Part shown: piece by piece, positions 1 to 13,410 of the stretch
Layout of the letters: every line of letters starts with the position of its first letter
Numbering within the stretch: the stretch's first letter is position 1
Assembly (NCBI GenBank): GCA_034780895.1
Contig: JAUZTB010000069.1
Location: 17,699,882 to 17,763,881 of the forward strand
Length of the DNA stretch: 64,000 nucleotides
Source: Rhynchobatus australiae
Lineage: Eukaryota
Direction of reading: 5' to 3'
Made by a program: the position numbers and the translations under genes
Notes under the pieces: model-generated
The model's input: the letters and a program-made list of their open reading frames with translations, nothing else
What the model was told of the DNA's origin: nothing
The model's database searches: none

Positions 1-3000
1 TTGTACAGGTGCTTTGTAATTATTGACTGTACCTGAGATGCAATCTGCTACAGCACATTGGCAAGTAAAATGCTTTCCATGTATTCTGGATGGCCTAAAT
101 TGATTATGACCAATTAGTAATTCTAAACTTTAGTTACTGTTGTAATAACAAAAACTTACATTGTTTAATGTAGTAAATTGCACTGAAATGGATCACAGGA
201 CTCTTATTGGATAAAATTTGTCAAACTGATGTTAATAACGAGATGGTCAGTGAGGAGTGGCTCTGCCTATAAAGTACTATAATTTAGTGCAGTGACTAGT
301 GCACTCTAAAGAGTGTATAGGATGTATGTGGCATCTGTTACAATTAAGCAGCAACATGTATGCAGTAGTAGTATTACAGGCTGTTTACCACAGACAATTC
401 TTAGTAATGTAGTTTGCCTATGTGAAAACTGGGCAGGATTATGTTCAGTTGCTGGGTATGCACTTGGGGATCACCTGGCTCTGGGAGCTATTCAGGCTTG
501 GTTTTAGAGCTATTTATAAAGATATGATTCCCTTGTTCCTTTATAGCACGAAGTACATTTGCAGCTATTGTTTGTCTCTATAAATGAATAAGGTGTAATT
601 TAGTTCTTAGTAATCCTCTGCCTTGACAAAATGATTATGTTGGGTCTGCTGTCTTTTTTTTCATGCCCCATTCGCTGAATTGCTTGACTCCTTTTACTTG
701 CAGACCTGCAGATTTTTTTAAAACTTAACTCTTGAAAACTGTTTGGTTATGTATTTAATAAACTAACAATTTCATTGGAGGGAAGAAAACCTGCTGATAT
801 CAGCATCACAAGCTGCCTCTTTATTGTCTCTATGTCAAAATCCCAGTTAAGATGGCTAACCAGTTGGCTACTCCGACTATGCCATGTCCTTATCAACTGA
901 TTAATAAGGAAAAATATTTTCTTCTCCTATCCCTCCAAACAGTCAAAATGTTGGACAATTCATGAATAATTCTCTTCTATCGTGTAGACCTTTTGCAAGT
1001 TCTTCCAACCCTATTTTCAAATTCTGGCAGAGGTGCAGAGCACTGGAAGCAAAGAACAGCTGTGGAACAACACAACCAAAAATTATTCTTTTTCTGTATA
1101 TGGCCATTTTTTTATATGAGCAAATTGTTTGGGNNNNNNNNNNNNNNNNNNNNNNNNNNNNNNNNNNNNNNNNNNNNNNNNNNNNNNNNNNNNNNNNNNN
1201 NNNNNNNNNNNNNNNNNNNNNNNNNNNNNNNNNGGCAGCATTAAGTAACACAGATTACGGCATCCTTTTAGAAATTACAATGAATGAGAATGCACTTTAG
1301 CCAAAGTGCCTAATACAACACCACTAGTGTTTTGTTGTGCTTATCAATTAAAACAAAATTATGTCATGGTAATATTGAACAACACTGAATTAACTTGCTG
1401 TGAAAGCAGCTTAGTATGTCATTCATCAGTAGCAAACTACCCTTGATAATTGGTCATAAACCTGTAAAAATGAATGAGTACCATAAAAGTTGTAATATGC
1501 TGTTGCTTTGATAATATTTCTAACCACTGAATATCTATGTGACAATTCTTAAAGCATCTAAAACATCTAATGAAATCACTAGCTTTTAACTACCTGTGAG
1601 GCCAATATAATTTGCACTGCATGATTTAGAGAGCAGAATAACATTAGTTAAATTGATACTTAACATGCAATAATTTATCCCTGTCAACAAATATTTAAGG
1701 ATATAAAATCTTTAAAACATGAAATTTACAAAAATTGGCCTTCACAGAGAGCAATTTAACCCAATGCACCCATGAGAAAAGGAATGAAATTGGGCATAAT
1801 GCCAGCTTTAAAGCCCACTTGATTTTATTTCCATTCAAGTAAATGTAGTCATATTGGGTGGAGTTGAAAACATACAGGTATCCCACCAGGTGAATTAGCC
1901 TAAAATGTCCATATTGTCCTTTATCAATAGAAGTTCTGCAGCTAGATCTAAGCAGCCAAGGGCCTTTCCTTGAATTTTATTCTTGCAACTTTTCAGATTT
2001 ATCCATACCAAATGTTTATCCAATTTTCCCTGTAGCATAAAATAATGTTTGTATTTCTTTATAAAGTAGAAAATATCTAAGATGCTTTGCTGTAGTCAAA
2101 TCAGGCAGAAATAAATATTAAGTTCAAGGTGGTTTTATTTTTGTTGATGGGTGACTGGATGCTTGGTTGAAGAGGTGGGGAAGAGTTGGTGCAGGAGCAG
2201 AATGACAACTGAGAGTTAACATAGTCATTACCTTTTATCTTTGAAGATTGCAAAGGAAACATCTGAGGTGAGATGTGCACCTTGCAAGGCAAATTATAAT
2301 GAATTGAAGGTAGTTGACCTTCTCCTTTTACAATGTCATGTACCTTGTTTCAAAGGACGGGGATCAGTTGATGTTTGCTGCTTGTAACTTGGCAAGCAAT
2401 TTGAGCTACTTTATTAAATTACAGCAGTGTAGCTGCACTAGCCAGCAGTATCCCTTAACTAGGGCTGATTTGTTTCATTTAATTATTGTTAGATTTTCAT
2501 CTTTGGATTTTTACTTTTATGCTGTCATGTTAATTTTGAACTTCATGAAGTGGAATGTAATGTCATGTATATTTCCTGTTTCATTTTAGACTGAGTAGGG
2601 AACTCTCCCATTGGTGGTCATGCTACTAGCAGTCTAAGCCCAATGTTCTTGAATTTCCTCCCTAACCATCTTTTAAAACACATTATTTGGACGTTCCTCA
2701 ATATTTCCTCCTTTGTCTTGCCATCCTTTTCTTGTATGATTAAATGTTGGTGAAGCAAGTGTTGGTGAGGCTTCTTTCTTCAGTGTTTAAGGTCTATGTG
2801 ATTGCATTATAGTTCTCAATCTTTTTAGGGCAACTGTCACAACAAAGTAACCTTAATTTGAGTAACTACACTCTATTTAGACAAATAACTAATTTTTCAG
2901 CAGGAGTACCTCAATTCCATGCCTCAGCATCACTTTTATTTATGTTCAGTTCTTGGATATCAATATAAGAGCTAGAAATTGTAACAGTTCTACTTCATAA

Positions 3001-3024
3001 CTTTTTTGTTTTTTTTTAAAACAG

Positions 3025-3128
3025 GATCTAATATTTATTCTCTATCAAACCATGATCTGAAATTTCCAACTCTGAGGCCGAAGATGTCTGGTGTGAATGT
3101 GGGAAGTGAGCCTCGTGCTTTGCCTCAG
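3025..3128 (+). other. MIGA2: Candidate upstream (5' UTR) exon of MIGA2
   Basis: Long U tract then ACAG acceptor (ends 3024) and CAG|GTACTT donor (3128/3129); lies upstream of the ATG exon. No transcript evidence. Confidence 0.4.
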
Positions 3129-5745
3129 GTACTTTATACTAATTTGCTTAAGGTATTCTTTGCATTATTTCAGCAACGTTACTTTAAACCTTGTTAGTAA
3201 CCAACCCTAAACCTTCACATTAGTTACCTCATTTTAACCTATTTAAGCATGTGACTGTTAACAAATGGTCTTTTCTGATTACTCCAAAAAAGGATACATT
3301 TTATTAGTTGTACCCCTTTGAGTCAGACTATTGAACATTTTCAGGTTACAAGTAAAGCCTTTTTATTTTTGTGGAAAATTGGGAAATGTGAAAATGTTAG
3401 ATTGGGAAGTTATAGATTAACATTCTTGTCACCATTCTTTTGAAATAGCAGATACTGATATTGGGAATCTTGTTTCCTGGTGGTATCCTGTCAACTTGGC
3501 TTAAGTCGTTTGAATAAACTCCTTTATGTTACAGTATGTGGTAGAGCTGCTGTTGGTTTTCAACTTTGTATTGTTTGCATCTGCTAATAATTAATCAGCT
3601 GTATTTTAAAGATTTGCTTCACATCTTACTTGTATTCATCCTGTGTGCAATCCATTGGTGAATTGCTTGTTCTCAACATGTCTTTGGATGCAGGAAGAGG
3701 GGAAAGGGATGCACACTGTTGGTGCTCTAATGAATGTCTGGGACGGTTTCTTTTGGGTAATTGCCTTTCTTGCACTTGACTGTACAACTTGAAATATTGA
3801 GTCAATCAGTTCTGGGATGGTCTAAGTTGATTGTTTATTTGGTAATTGTACTTTGGAGAGAACACAGCTCATTTGTGAACTGTGACGGGAATGTTAACTT
3901 GAAAATTTGTAAATTTTTCTCAGATTCGGTGGAGGGGTTGTGAAAGAATGTAATTTCACATATTAAAATCTCAATTTATGAGCGCTACATAAGATTTGTT
4001 GAAGGTAAGGTTCAGGAAGGTCACTGGTCTTAGTATTGGTAAAGTGATATGAGGCAATAAAGATTCTTACAGATATGCTGAAACAGTGCAAATTAAAGTT
4101 GATGACTTTTTTGTATTTAGTCCCTGACCAGCTTTTTAATCCTGACCATTCAAAATCCTCATCCTCCTTTCTCTCCCCCTGCAACCCCCCTCCAAAATCC
4201 CTCCATGGCCTTGCATGAGGCAGCTCTTTGTACCCAGTCTTCTTTGTAACCAGTTCCAAATCTACAACACTCATTTAGCTCAACTGTGCCATAATAGAGA
4301 ATGCCTAGAGTTATAAACAATAGATCTGGTTTCCTGATGGTTAAGAGTTTTTCCCTTTAATTGAGTCATTTGTTCTTGTGTCTCTCCATGAATTTGAAGG
4401 AAACTAAAGCTCTGTTCTCTTAAACTTGTAACCTTTGCTAAGAGTGACAGAAGTTGCAATTCTTTTTGCTGACTAATCTGTTGGTCAGTGTTTGCAGGTG
4501 CATACTTCCTTGTTTTCTGGAATACTATTGACTTGGGGTTAAACATTCTTGTTGATAAAGCTCCTCTTCTAAATGTTGTCCAAATTCTGGCTCATTTTAA
4601 TGAGTGACTTTCATCATTTCTAGTTACGTGTAAGTGAAAACAACTAAGTTCTTAATCATATTGCAATTAAACCAGATCTTAACCTTGAATGTAAGTGTAA
4701 TCGTGGGGATAGTATATCCTACAATAGTTGCTGTATGCAGCCTACATCATAGTCGCAGAGAGTGAATGGTAGAGATTCATTAGTCTGATGTTAGACTTAA
4801 AGTATTGAGGCAACAATTTTCTGTAGAGCAGAGAAAACAAGTAGTTTAAGAAAATATTAAAGTTATGGTTCGCTTATAGTGTGACTAGGAAAAAGTAGAT
4901 CTCTGGTGAGTCAGTGAAGTCACCATTTTAGAAGTGAGTTGAGTGTTTACGAGAGTTATTAAACCATGGAGTGCTTGGCTACAGAGAATAATTGCAGCAG
5001 AAGCCATTGGCTCTTCAGAGGGAAAAGAGCATAGGATTTGTATTTGTGTCAGGAGAGAATCAGGATTCTAGAGCAGAAAGATAAAATTTAGATACCTGCT
5101 GTAATGATGTGATGAGCCAAATGGCCCTCTTTGGGATGTGAGCACTTAAATTGCAGGCATAGTCATCAGGCTTTTGGCTCATGTTCATTTTAATTTTTTT
5201 TCTTGCCACCTATGGTTTGCCACTGGTGGCCCATCCAGTTAGGAGGACTTGAGTCCTGGAATTTTTGGTGTGTCTGTGTGTTCCCACCCTTTTAATCCCT
5301 ATAGAGAACCATGTGGCTTTTCCTTGGCAGGGAGTTGGAGAAATAAAATTGGTTGTTTTTGAGGTGCTTTTATTTGTGCTTTTAATCCATCACTCCATTT
5401 TAATTATCAGTTTTTTGTATTAACCTTGAAAAGCAAGTGATTAAAGCACTGAGGCTAAGGTGGCAGATCTGATTGGCATTGTATATTAATCAGCTGCTGC
5501 ACCATGGAAATTGGAATAAGCTGCAGAGTGGGTCTGTGGGTCGATGGTTTGTTGTTATCCCCACTACACTACACCTTCTGAGTTTCCACTATAGAATTTG
5601 GAGATACAATGAGAAGTTACCAACAGTGGCCCATCCCTACCCCAACCACCTCAGTTTGCTGATCCTTGGTAACTGACGGCACAAAAATCTCAGCAACCAG
5701 ATGCTTGCTTTGCAGACTTACAGGAGCAATTAACCTCTGTGCACA

Positions 5746-5841
5746 ATGTCGTTGAGAAGAACAGATGGGGCATCTATTATCCCAGCCCTGGCGATGACTG
5801 TGGCTGAGATTCCAGTTTTCCTGTACTCTACGTTTGGACAG
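5746..5841 (+). CDS. MIGA2: Mitoguardin 2, coding exon 1 (MSLRRTDGASIIPALAMTVAEIPVFLYSTFGQ)
   Basis: Matches the recalled MIGA2 N-terminus (human MAFRRAEGTSMIQALAMTVAEIPVFLYTTFGQ); donor CAG|GTATGT, phase 0. Likely acceptor for the UTR part of this exon ends at 5594 (alternatives 5715, 5723). Confidence 0.96.
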
Positions 5842-8800
5842 GTATGTTTTCATCCAGTGGGGCAATTCCATTGTTGCCTTCTGTTTTTTGGGGGGGGGGG
5901 GGGGAGAAAGGCAGGTGAAGGAAGTTGAGCCTTGACCTTGTGCTACCACCTGTTCTCACAGGTGAATAGCATATCGTACATGATTGTCTTTGAAGTAGGT
6001 ACGCCAAGTTTACTTTTTTGATTTCTACTTAATTTTGTTTATTATTGCAATTTTTAAAAATTATATTTCCTAAATATGGTATTGCAGCTAGTTACCCTGA
6101 ACTTCCAACCCTCACTTTATTAGTACGCAGGTTAATTGTTCTCTTCCCTTGTGGACTGACTGGTTGCAGCAGTTCCATGCTCGCTGTCCAACCCCTATGA
6201 GGCCAAATTGGACCAACTCATCACAGACCAGTATCAAACCTAGATCTACTCATTTCAGTGTTACATCCAAAACCTGGCACCAGGAGTACATCATAGACAC
6301 TAATAAATGCAATAAATAATTTGCGAGAAGCCTCCTTTATCTGCAGAGTAGTGAATATATAGAACTTGCTATTGTGAGGAGTGGTTGAGATAAATATTAT
6401 AGGGCAAATTAGTAAGTTTATGAGAAAGAAAGGAGGGAATATTATGAAATGAGATGCAAGGAGCTTAAAAACGGGAACAGATCCTTTCATTCAATGGCTA
6501 GTTTCTCTACTGTAAATTCTAAGGAATGTATTTTAGTTGGTGAGACTTTACACAGAATGATGGGAGGTGCAAGGGGCTAATTGATGTTATGAGCAGTATT
6601 AATTTAATGGGTCAGAGNNNNNNNNNNNGTCACAAATAAATATTAGTTCAAATGTTATTAATTAAAACTTTATAATATTTCATGTGAAATATTATATAGA
6701 TTCTACCCAAAAATGTTCAGTGGAGAGTAGCCATTTCTCATTTTCTAACTTCCATGGTGCCAGTTCTCAAATCCCTTAACACCTTAATTCCAGACTGATT
6801 CCTCTGAGTTGTTAAATTTAATGCACCAATGACCTGTATTTTTTTGTTTAGTTAAATTATACTAAAATTAAGATCCAGTTAAGTGCTTCTTGGCCAAAGT
6901 TCCACAAAGATGCATGAAATTGTTTCAACGAATTCTGTTGAAAATCCATACAGCTAATGTTGATTACTCTTTCATCCTTTCCTTCTGGGCTGTTTGTTAC
7001 ATAGTTTTACATTTTATTGCATTGATAGCATATTATTGAACCATTGATCTTTCCAATCCTGTTCACTTTATTATATCCAACTGAGAAATCTTTCAATGCA
7101 ATTGCCCCTCATGTACTTTATCCAGATTTGTTTGTTGGATCTTTCCTATTTGCTTCAGCCATACCTTGCAGTAGCAAGTTCCACATTCTCACTTTTCTTG
7201 TGTTGGGTTCCAGTGCCCAATCCAGTCATCTTGGATAGTTTTTCAACTAAGTTTGCCAATTTTGACTTGCATTTTGCTATGCAGTAAATTAACAAAAAAT
7301 AAAAAGATTAATCAAAACAGTTCTGTTGTATTTATTCTCTTGTATATGGAACACAATATCTAAAATTAACTGTTGTCATTCTTCTTTGAGGTTGTTTTTG
7401 AATTTTAGTTTTAAAATTGGTGAATGGGAAGAAGTCATGATATTATGCTTTCAATAGGATGTATTTAAACTTCAGTCAGTTAACTATTAGTTAAAGAAAA
7501 TTACAAGGGTCTTTAACACCTAGCCTGAGGAATCCAATTCCACCTGGATTTACTATTTTATCTGTGTGGCCAAATGCTATATTGGCTGACTGCTGGAAAC
7601 TGTGTTTACCATCCTGATGCGCTCTCTCCTCTGGGTTCTGACCCAGAAGTTGTGAGCAAAGAAAAATAAAACTTGAAAACATAAGTTTGTCCCTCACTAA
7701 TGAACTGTGAAAAGTATTATCTAAAGGTACTATCAACCGTGAATCTGGTACACTTTGCAGAGTAGAATAATCTATTGGGAGCTTATGATTTGCTGCAGTC
7801 AATATGCAGATTTTGCAATTTTCTAATTTTTCTGTTGAACCCCCATGGATGTCTGGTTAGGTCAGCCATGACAATAAAGTGGATGTAAGGTCTTTCTCTT
7901 CCTTTGGTCCATAGTTTGTTAAAAAGCTACTATACTTTTTTTAATTGCTCTTATTTTTATTTGGAGTTGTCTCCTTGATGGAAATTCTTCTGTTATTTTA
8001 TAGTTGGCTGCTGATTGCTTGACCAAGTGGTAACATGCAAGCTTAGATTGAATGTTTAGTTCTCATTAAAGAAAGACGTGGTGGTAGTAGTAGGACATGG
8101 AGTTCTTTTCACCTCAAGTACTGGTGGCCAGAAGGAAGCTATTGTACTTTGCTGGCTCTCTGACAAACTGTCTAATTAGTGTCATTTGTCTGCAGATTTT
8201 TTCCTTTTGAAACATTGAGTTTGCTCAAATTCGAATTTTTGACTCTGTCTTCTACACCAGAACATCCTGCATTCTATCTGCAAAAATTCCTTAATGCATT
8301 TTATACTACATAAAAATCCCAAACTCTGTTCTGACAAAGGTGCTTCGATCCTATGTACCTGTTTCCTTCTTTCCATAACGACAGTGGTTGATCAAGGTTT
8401 CCAAAAATGGAACTGGATTAGGTCTGTCCAAAGTCATTTCACAAAGGACCCTCCTAGTAAACAAAAAAAAAACTGATTTCATCTTACCAGTACTGGCTGG
8501 ATTCATACCCAAGTTTCAGAAGCAATAGGCCATTTATGTAACAGACTTTATCACTTACTCCCATCCTTGAACTTGCAAGTCTGTATGGTTCAACTGCTTA
8601 CTGCCTCAGCTGAGGCAATCATGGAATGAGGTTTTTCCATTCAATACACAATTCTCACTTACTTTTGGTGTCAATTTACAATGGCAATTTATAATTCCAC
8701 TGGGTTAGGGACTCTTGAGTTGCTGATTTGTGTGGGTGATGAGTTATTATCAAATTAGAAGCAGAGTTGCATCTTATTTATTTACCATAAAGTCTCTTTT

Positions 8801-9404
8801 GACTGCCGCAACTTTTCTGTGCTATCATTTGAAATTTATTTAAATGCATCAAATGTAATCAAAAAATACCAATTTAATCAAAAAAACTTGGCTTGCCTAC
8901 TTAATTACTATGCATGTGTGATTTATTTTCTTTAAACTTNNNNACTGAATGTCTTGTACATTGTCTTTTAAATTTCAGAAGTAATAATAGAAATCTTCAT
9001 ACTTTGTTTAGTTCATTTTCAATGGATTTCTTTCAATTTCAGTAACATGCTTCAAAAAAGGATCATGTTGCAGATCAGATATTTATATGGAGAACTTTTC
9101 CCCCCATGCATAATGTGGACATTGCAGTCAACGTGTATATTTATTCTCCATCGACTGAGAGGATTGTCAGGGCAGTTAAGAGATGCTGACTGTCAATTAG
9201 ACTCCTGGAACTTCTCTACATAACCACTTAGGGCCGTTTTTGCATGTGGAAAGTTGAGCATGACTTATTCCTTAGAGTTGATAAATTGGGGAAAGATAGA
9301 ATACGAAACCAATGGTGTAGATTGAAATGTTTGTCTCACTGAAGTTGCATACATGTAACTCAGTGGAGCATTACAATATCATGAACATCTGCTTGTATTA
9401 TGGA

Positions 9405-9700
9405 TTTTGGTGTCATCTGGGAGATACTGAATGCAGCACTGTTAAAGTGCTGTCTTTTGGATAAGATGTTAAACTGAATCCCTAGCTGCCCTTGGGCATA
9501 AGTGATCCCAAGGCACTTCTTGAAGAAAGGAATTCTTCCCTGTATGCTGAGCAATATTCTTCATTCTGCACTACTTTACCTCATTGCCATTTGCAGGAAT
9601 TTACTGTGCATACATAAATTATTATCATTACATTTCAGAAAGTTTTCGTTGGATGTAAAGCAGCTTATAATGCTGAAGAAATGTCAGATGCTATATACAT
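9405..9700 (+). mobile_element. Decayed Deu-domain SINE (SacSINE1/AmnSINE-like); weaker relatives near 30830-31020, 36320-36720(-), 42210-42530(-), 44290-44460
   Basis: GCACTGTTAAAGTGCTGTCTTTTGGATAAGATGTTAAACTG...GATCCCAAGGCACT...GAAGAAAGG resembles the recalled Deu-domain core. Confidence 0.5.
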
Positions 9701-11389
9701 GTAAATTTCTTTGCTTTATTAAGTCATATGAACACAAAACAAAGAAATGTGGGGAACTAGTGCATATGTACATTTGGAAAATGTACTTTTAAATAAGAGG
9801 AAACATTCTCAGTTGGGTGCTATTGACAAGGCTCCTACACTTGTAATCAGGAATTTGTGGAAGTTAAAATATAACCAGCTTTATCTATTGAGCTGCTGGC
9901 CCACAGTTGGGTTAGGAAGCCCTTGGGTTTGATCCCTGATTTGTGCTGTGTCAGCTGCTTTTAGCTGAAGTACTGTGGGGTGTTGCAATTGGTTTCAGCA
10001 CTGCCCTGTAAAAGAGGGGCAAGTCCACCAGTGTTCCTGATCCTTGTTGCCATACACTGACCCCTGCTTGCGGTCAACCATGTAGGACTAGATTGGGTAT
10101 CCTGTCAGTACATTATATTTACACAAGACATTTGTTCGATACAGTACAGATGCTTAATGCCTGAGAAATTGTGCTTTCAGGATGAGGGCTTTTAAAAACA
10201 AAGAAGCATGGAAAGGGATGAAACTAAAGGGTGACTTTTAGAACAAAAATCATTCTTCTTCAGATCACTAAATGTTTTGCTGAAGTCTGCTATATAACAA
10301 CAATAACCATTACACCACTTGCACTTGTGTGACAGAACAAACTTTCTAGTTTTTTTATCGGACAGGGGCTAAATGAAATATATTTTGAAAGCACTTATCT
10401 TTTAGATGAAATTTTCAGAGGTACAGTGTTGGAATGGGAGTAGAGGAATTATTCATCAGTGGTTTAAAGCAATGTGGTAATCGTACTTCAGTGAGAATTT
10501 GCATCTGGTAGCCCTGAATTCCCTTGTTTATTTTTCCTCGTGTATCTCCTTCTGAAGAAACTCAGATGCTGGGTTTCATAACTTGTCAAAGTCTGGACAT
10601 TTTGCTTGAGAAATCATTTGAAGCTTAGTGAGAATTAGCAAGATGCTTAAAGACATCGCAGTTTTACCTAGTGCAGTTTTCACCTGCTTAGGGTCACTGT
10701 GTAGTGACCAGGAATGGAAACCTGGCTGAGCTTTTCCCATCCCTCTCTGAAGATTAACTCCATTGAGGATAATGGATGTATGCANNNNNNNCCTGACTGA
10801 GATTGCTCAGTGCAGATGGGAGTACGTCTCTGACCTTCCTGCTTAAGAATCTCTTGCCATTTAGTGCATTTCCCAATTTAGTTACTGGGGAGTTGGAAAC
10901 CATTTGATATATGAAGTGTTCGCAGATTGTGTCTCATCAGATGTGGTGTTTGCCCAATGTACTGGCATCTGTGCTGTTTCATAAGTTAGGTGGGTTGTTA
11001 GATGCAAAGCTCATGTTCATTCATCATCAGCCTTCCACTGAGTTGGAATAAAACCTGATTGCATAATTCACTGATCCTAGCAGGATGCTCAGGTACCCTC
11101 TTGCTTTCGAATAGTATGTGCTACTTACTTGGGCTAGGAGGGACAGTGGGTTGGTTGCCTTTTAAAAGGTGGAAGGGTAATGCTTTATACATTTAACTTT
11201 TGTAATTTGTTTTAAAAGTTGAAGTATATGGCTCTTAGTGAAAAGAAATTAAGGATGGAAGGAGGATGGTGTGAAGCTTTATTGAGTCAAATGGTTTATT
11301 TCTGTGGTATGAGTTTTTTTGTTTTGTTGTTGTTCCTCTATAACGTGCAATGATGAATTCTAAAATTCTTTTTTTGATACCATCTGAAG

Positions 11390-11579
11390 TCCATCTTCTC
11401 GCAACTGAAGTTATCTCCAGGGCTGAAGAAGGTTCTCTTTGCAACTGCTTTGGGCACAGTGGCCTTGGCCTTGACAGCGCACCAGTTGAAGAGGAGACGG
11501 CGGAGGAAAAAACAAGATGCAGAGAAACTCAAGGAGTCTCAGCTCCCTTCTCTAGGGAAATTTGCACCCTTACGGAGAG
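11390..11579 (+). CDS. MIGA2: Mitoguardin 2, coding exon 2 (SIFSQLKLSPGLKKVLFATALGTVALALTAHQLKRRRRRKK...; membrane anchor plus basic cluster)
   Basis: AAG acceptor, G|GTAAGA donor; 190 nt, phase 0 to 1; strong match to MIGA2. Confidence 0.96.
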
Positions 11580-12738
11580 GTAAGAAAGTGATTGCATTTT
11601 TTTAACATTTCTTCACTTTGTTCTAGGAGAAGCTAACCTTTTTTGTAACAATAGATATCATTGGTCCAGGAGATGGCTATTATTCCTCTGACTGCTCCCA
11701 GAAGGTAAATATCAGCACGGTATTCAACTGTGGAGGTCTCATTCATGCTCAAATGCTAACAGTTAAGGAGCAGCAAGCCTGGAGGTTTTATGCATTTCAA
11801 ACACAAATACAGTTTCATTGGTTAATTGCCTACTTTAACATTTTGAGTGTGGTAGGTAGTTTTGCAGTATTACATATTTAAAATGGGAGCTCAACCCAAT
11901 TGACAGAATCCCTTTGAATATTCAAATACTGGTGGTTGGCCCAAGGATTCTGAGTGCAACACCCCAGACACCTAAAATATACCACGTCTTAGAGTATTAA
12001 TGGATGGCTCCCTGGATATAAAAGCAGCCAGAAGATTAATTGACAAAACAGACATGGCCTCAACTGTGTTAAATTGCAGGGACATGTCTTTACCAATGTG
12101 TTAATACAGAAGATGGCCACTAAATGCCTTCCCTGGTCTCATGGGTGTTTCAATGAGGACCAATTAATATGAACACTTATTGTGTTCCCCTGTCTAGTTA
12201 CAATGGTACAGAATGGGGATGTCCCATGTTCAATGGCTGGTTTCAGTGGCCTTGAAGTATCAATGAATGTTGTATTGTTTCGTAGAGTATTGTTCCACTG
12301 GTATCAACTATCACTTACCTTGTCAGTTTCCAAAGCAAATCTCTTGAGTGGCCTTGTGGTGAAACTGGCAGCTCTTAAGGGACGATGGTGTCTGATTGCT
12401 GTGGGAAGTTGCATATAAACAGGTTTTGTTTTGAAGGCTGTTTCTCTTTTGAATTAACTAATTTATGGGAGCTCATTTGTATGTAGGGGTCCATAAGCTG
12501 GGTGTTCATGACCTGGGGTGGGTCTGTCTACACATTATTGTGAAACTCTGCTTCTCTCACTAGTGTTACCTCTACTTTAGTTCACTGATGTATTCAATGG
12601 GTCGTCTATTTCTCTAAAGGTTACCAATGTTTACCAAGGAGCAAGGTGTATTTCCTTCATTCCATTTATTCTAAATGTATGATGAGTGGCATATAAACTC
12701 TAGCTAGACTGAAAATGTTATGTCACTCTTTCCTGCAG

Positions 12739-12851
12739 CAACACCCCCTAAAAGAGTGCAGAGCCCAGGAAGTAAGAGTAATGATACTCTCAGCGCCGTA
12801 TCCTCCAGTGTGCTTGGCAGGCGATCCAGCTCTTCCCACAGTCTGACATCA
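12739..12851 (+). CDS. MIGA2: Mitoguardin 2, coding exon 3 (TPPKRVQSPGSKSNDTLSAVSS...SSHSLTS)
   Basis: TTCCTGCAG acceptor, GTAAGG donor; 113 nt, phase 1 to 0; RVQSPxSKSNDTLS motif. Confidence 0.95.
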
Positions 12852-13292
12852 GTAAGGAATTTTCAAACTGTTGTTTTTCCATTTAACTTATCTCGAAGAA
12901 ATTATGGAGGAAAGTGAAAGGTAGTGGGACCAAATGGAAATATTTTAGTGTGCTAACACGACAGGCCAAATGACTGACTGTCCCCTGTTCTGTAAAAGTG
13001 AACAGTTTCTGTAAAACTTTGAAGCTTGTAAGAAGTGTTCAGTCTAGTCTTATTTTTGCCTGATAATATGCAACCATCTACTTTGAGTCAGACCAGATTT
13101 AATCCTCATCCATAAATAACTTTGACTATTAAACCGGTCATTATACATTGAGGTGTACAAATTGGCTGCTGAATTTCCTGACGACAGGGACTACATTTTG
13201 GAAGTAATTGGCTATAGAATACTTTGTTTTGAGCTGTTGAAAGGAGTTAGGTAAATGTAAATTTTGCTTCTTTTATTATGATTACTTGAAAG

Positions 13293-13410
13293 GTACGACC
13301 AGCAAACTCACCAAGTCCAGGCTTGCCAACTGAAGCGTGGGAAACAGGAATAGTTCAGGAAGAGAATGAGATGGCGGAGGATTCCAATGCTGAGAACCTA
13401 TACGTAATGG
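13293..13410 (+). CDS. MIGA2: Mitoguardin 2, coding exon 4 (VRPANSPSP...SNAENLYVM)
   Basis: AAG acceptor, G|GTAGGA donor; 118 nt; NAENLYVMG matches human NAESLYMQG. Confidence 0.92.

Noticed and set aside
12678-12715. ATGATGA...CTGA as an intronic C/D snoRNA
   Set aside because: Only ~35 nt between the boxes, with no terminal stem or guide evident.
13290-13298. AG|GT at exon starts as recursive splice sites
   Set aside because: GT at exon starts is common (Val/Gly codons), donor consensus is poor, and the introns are short.
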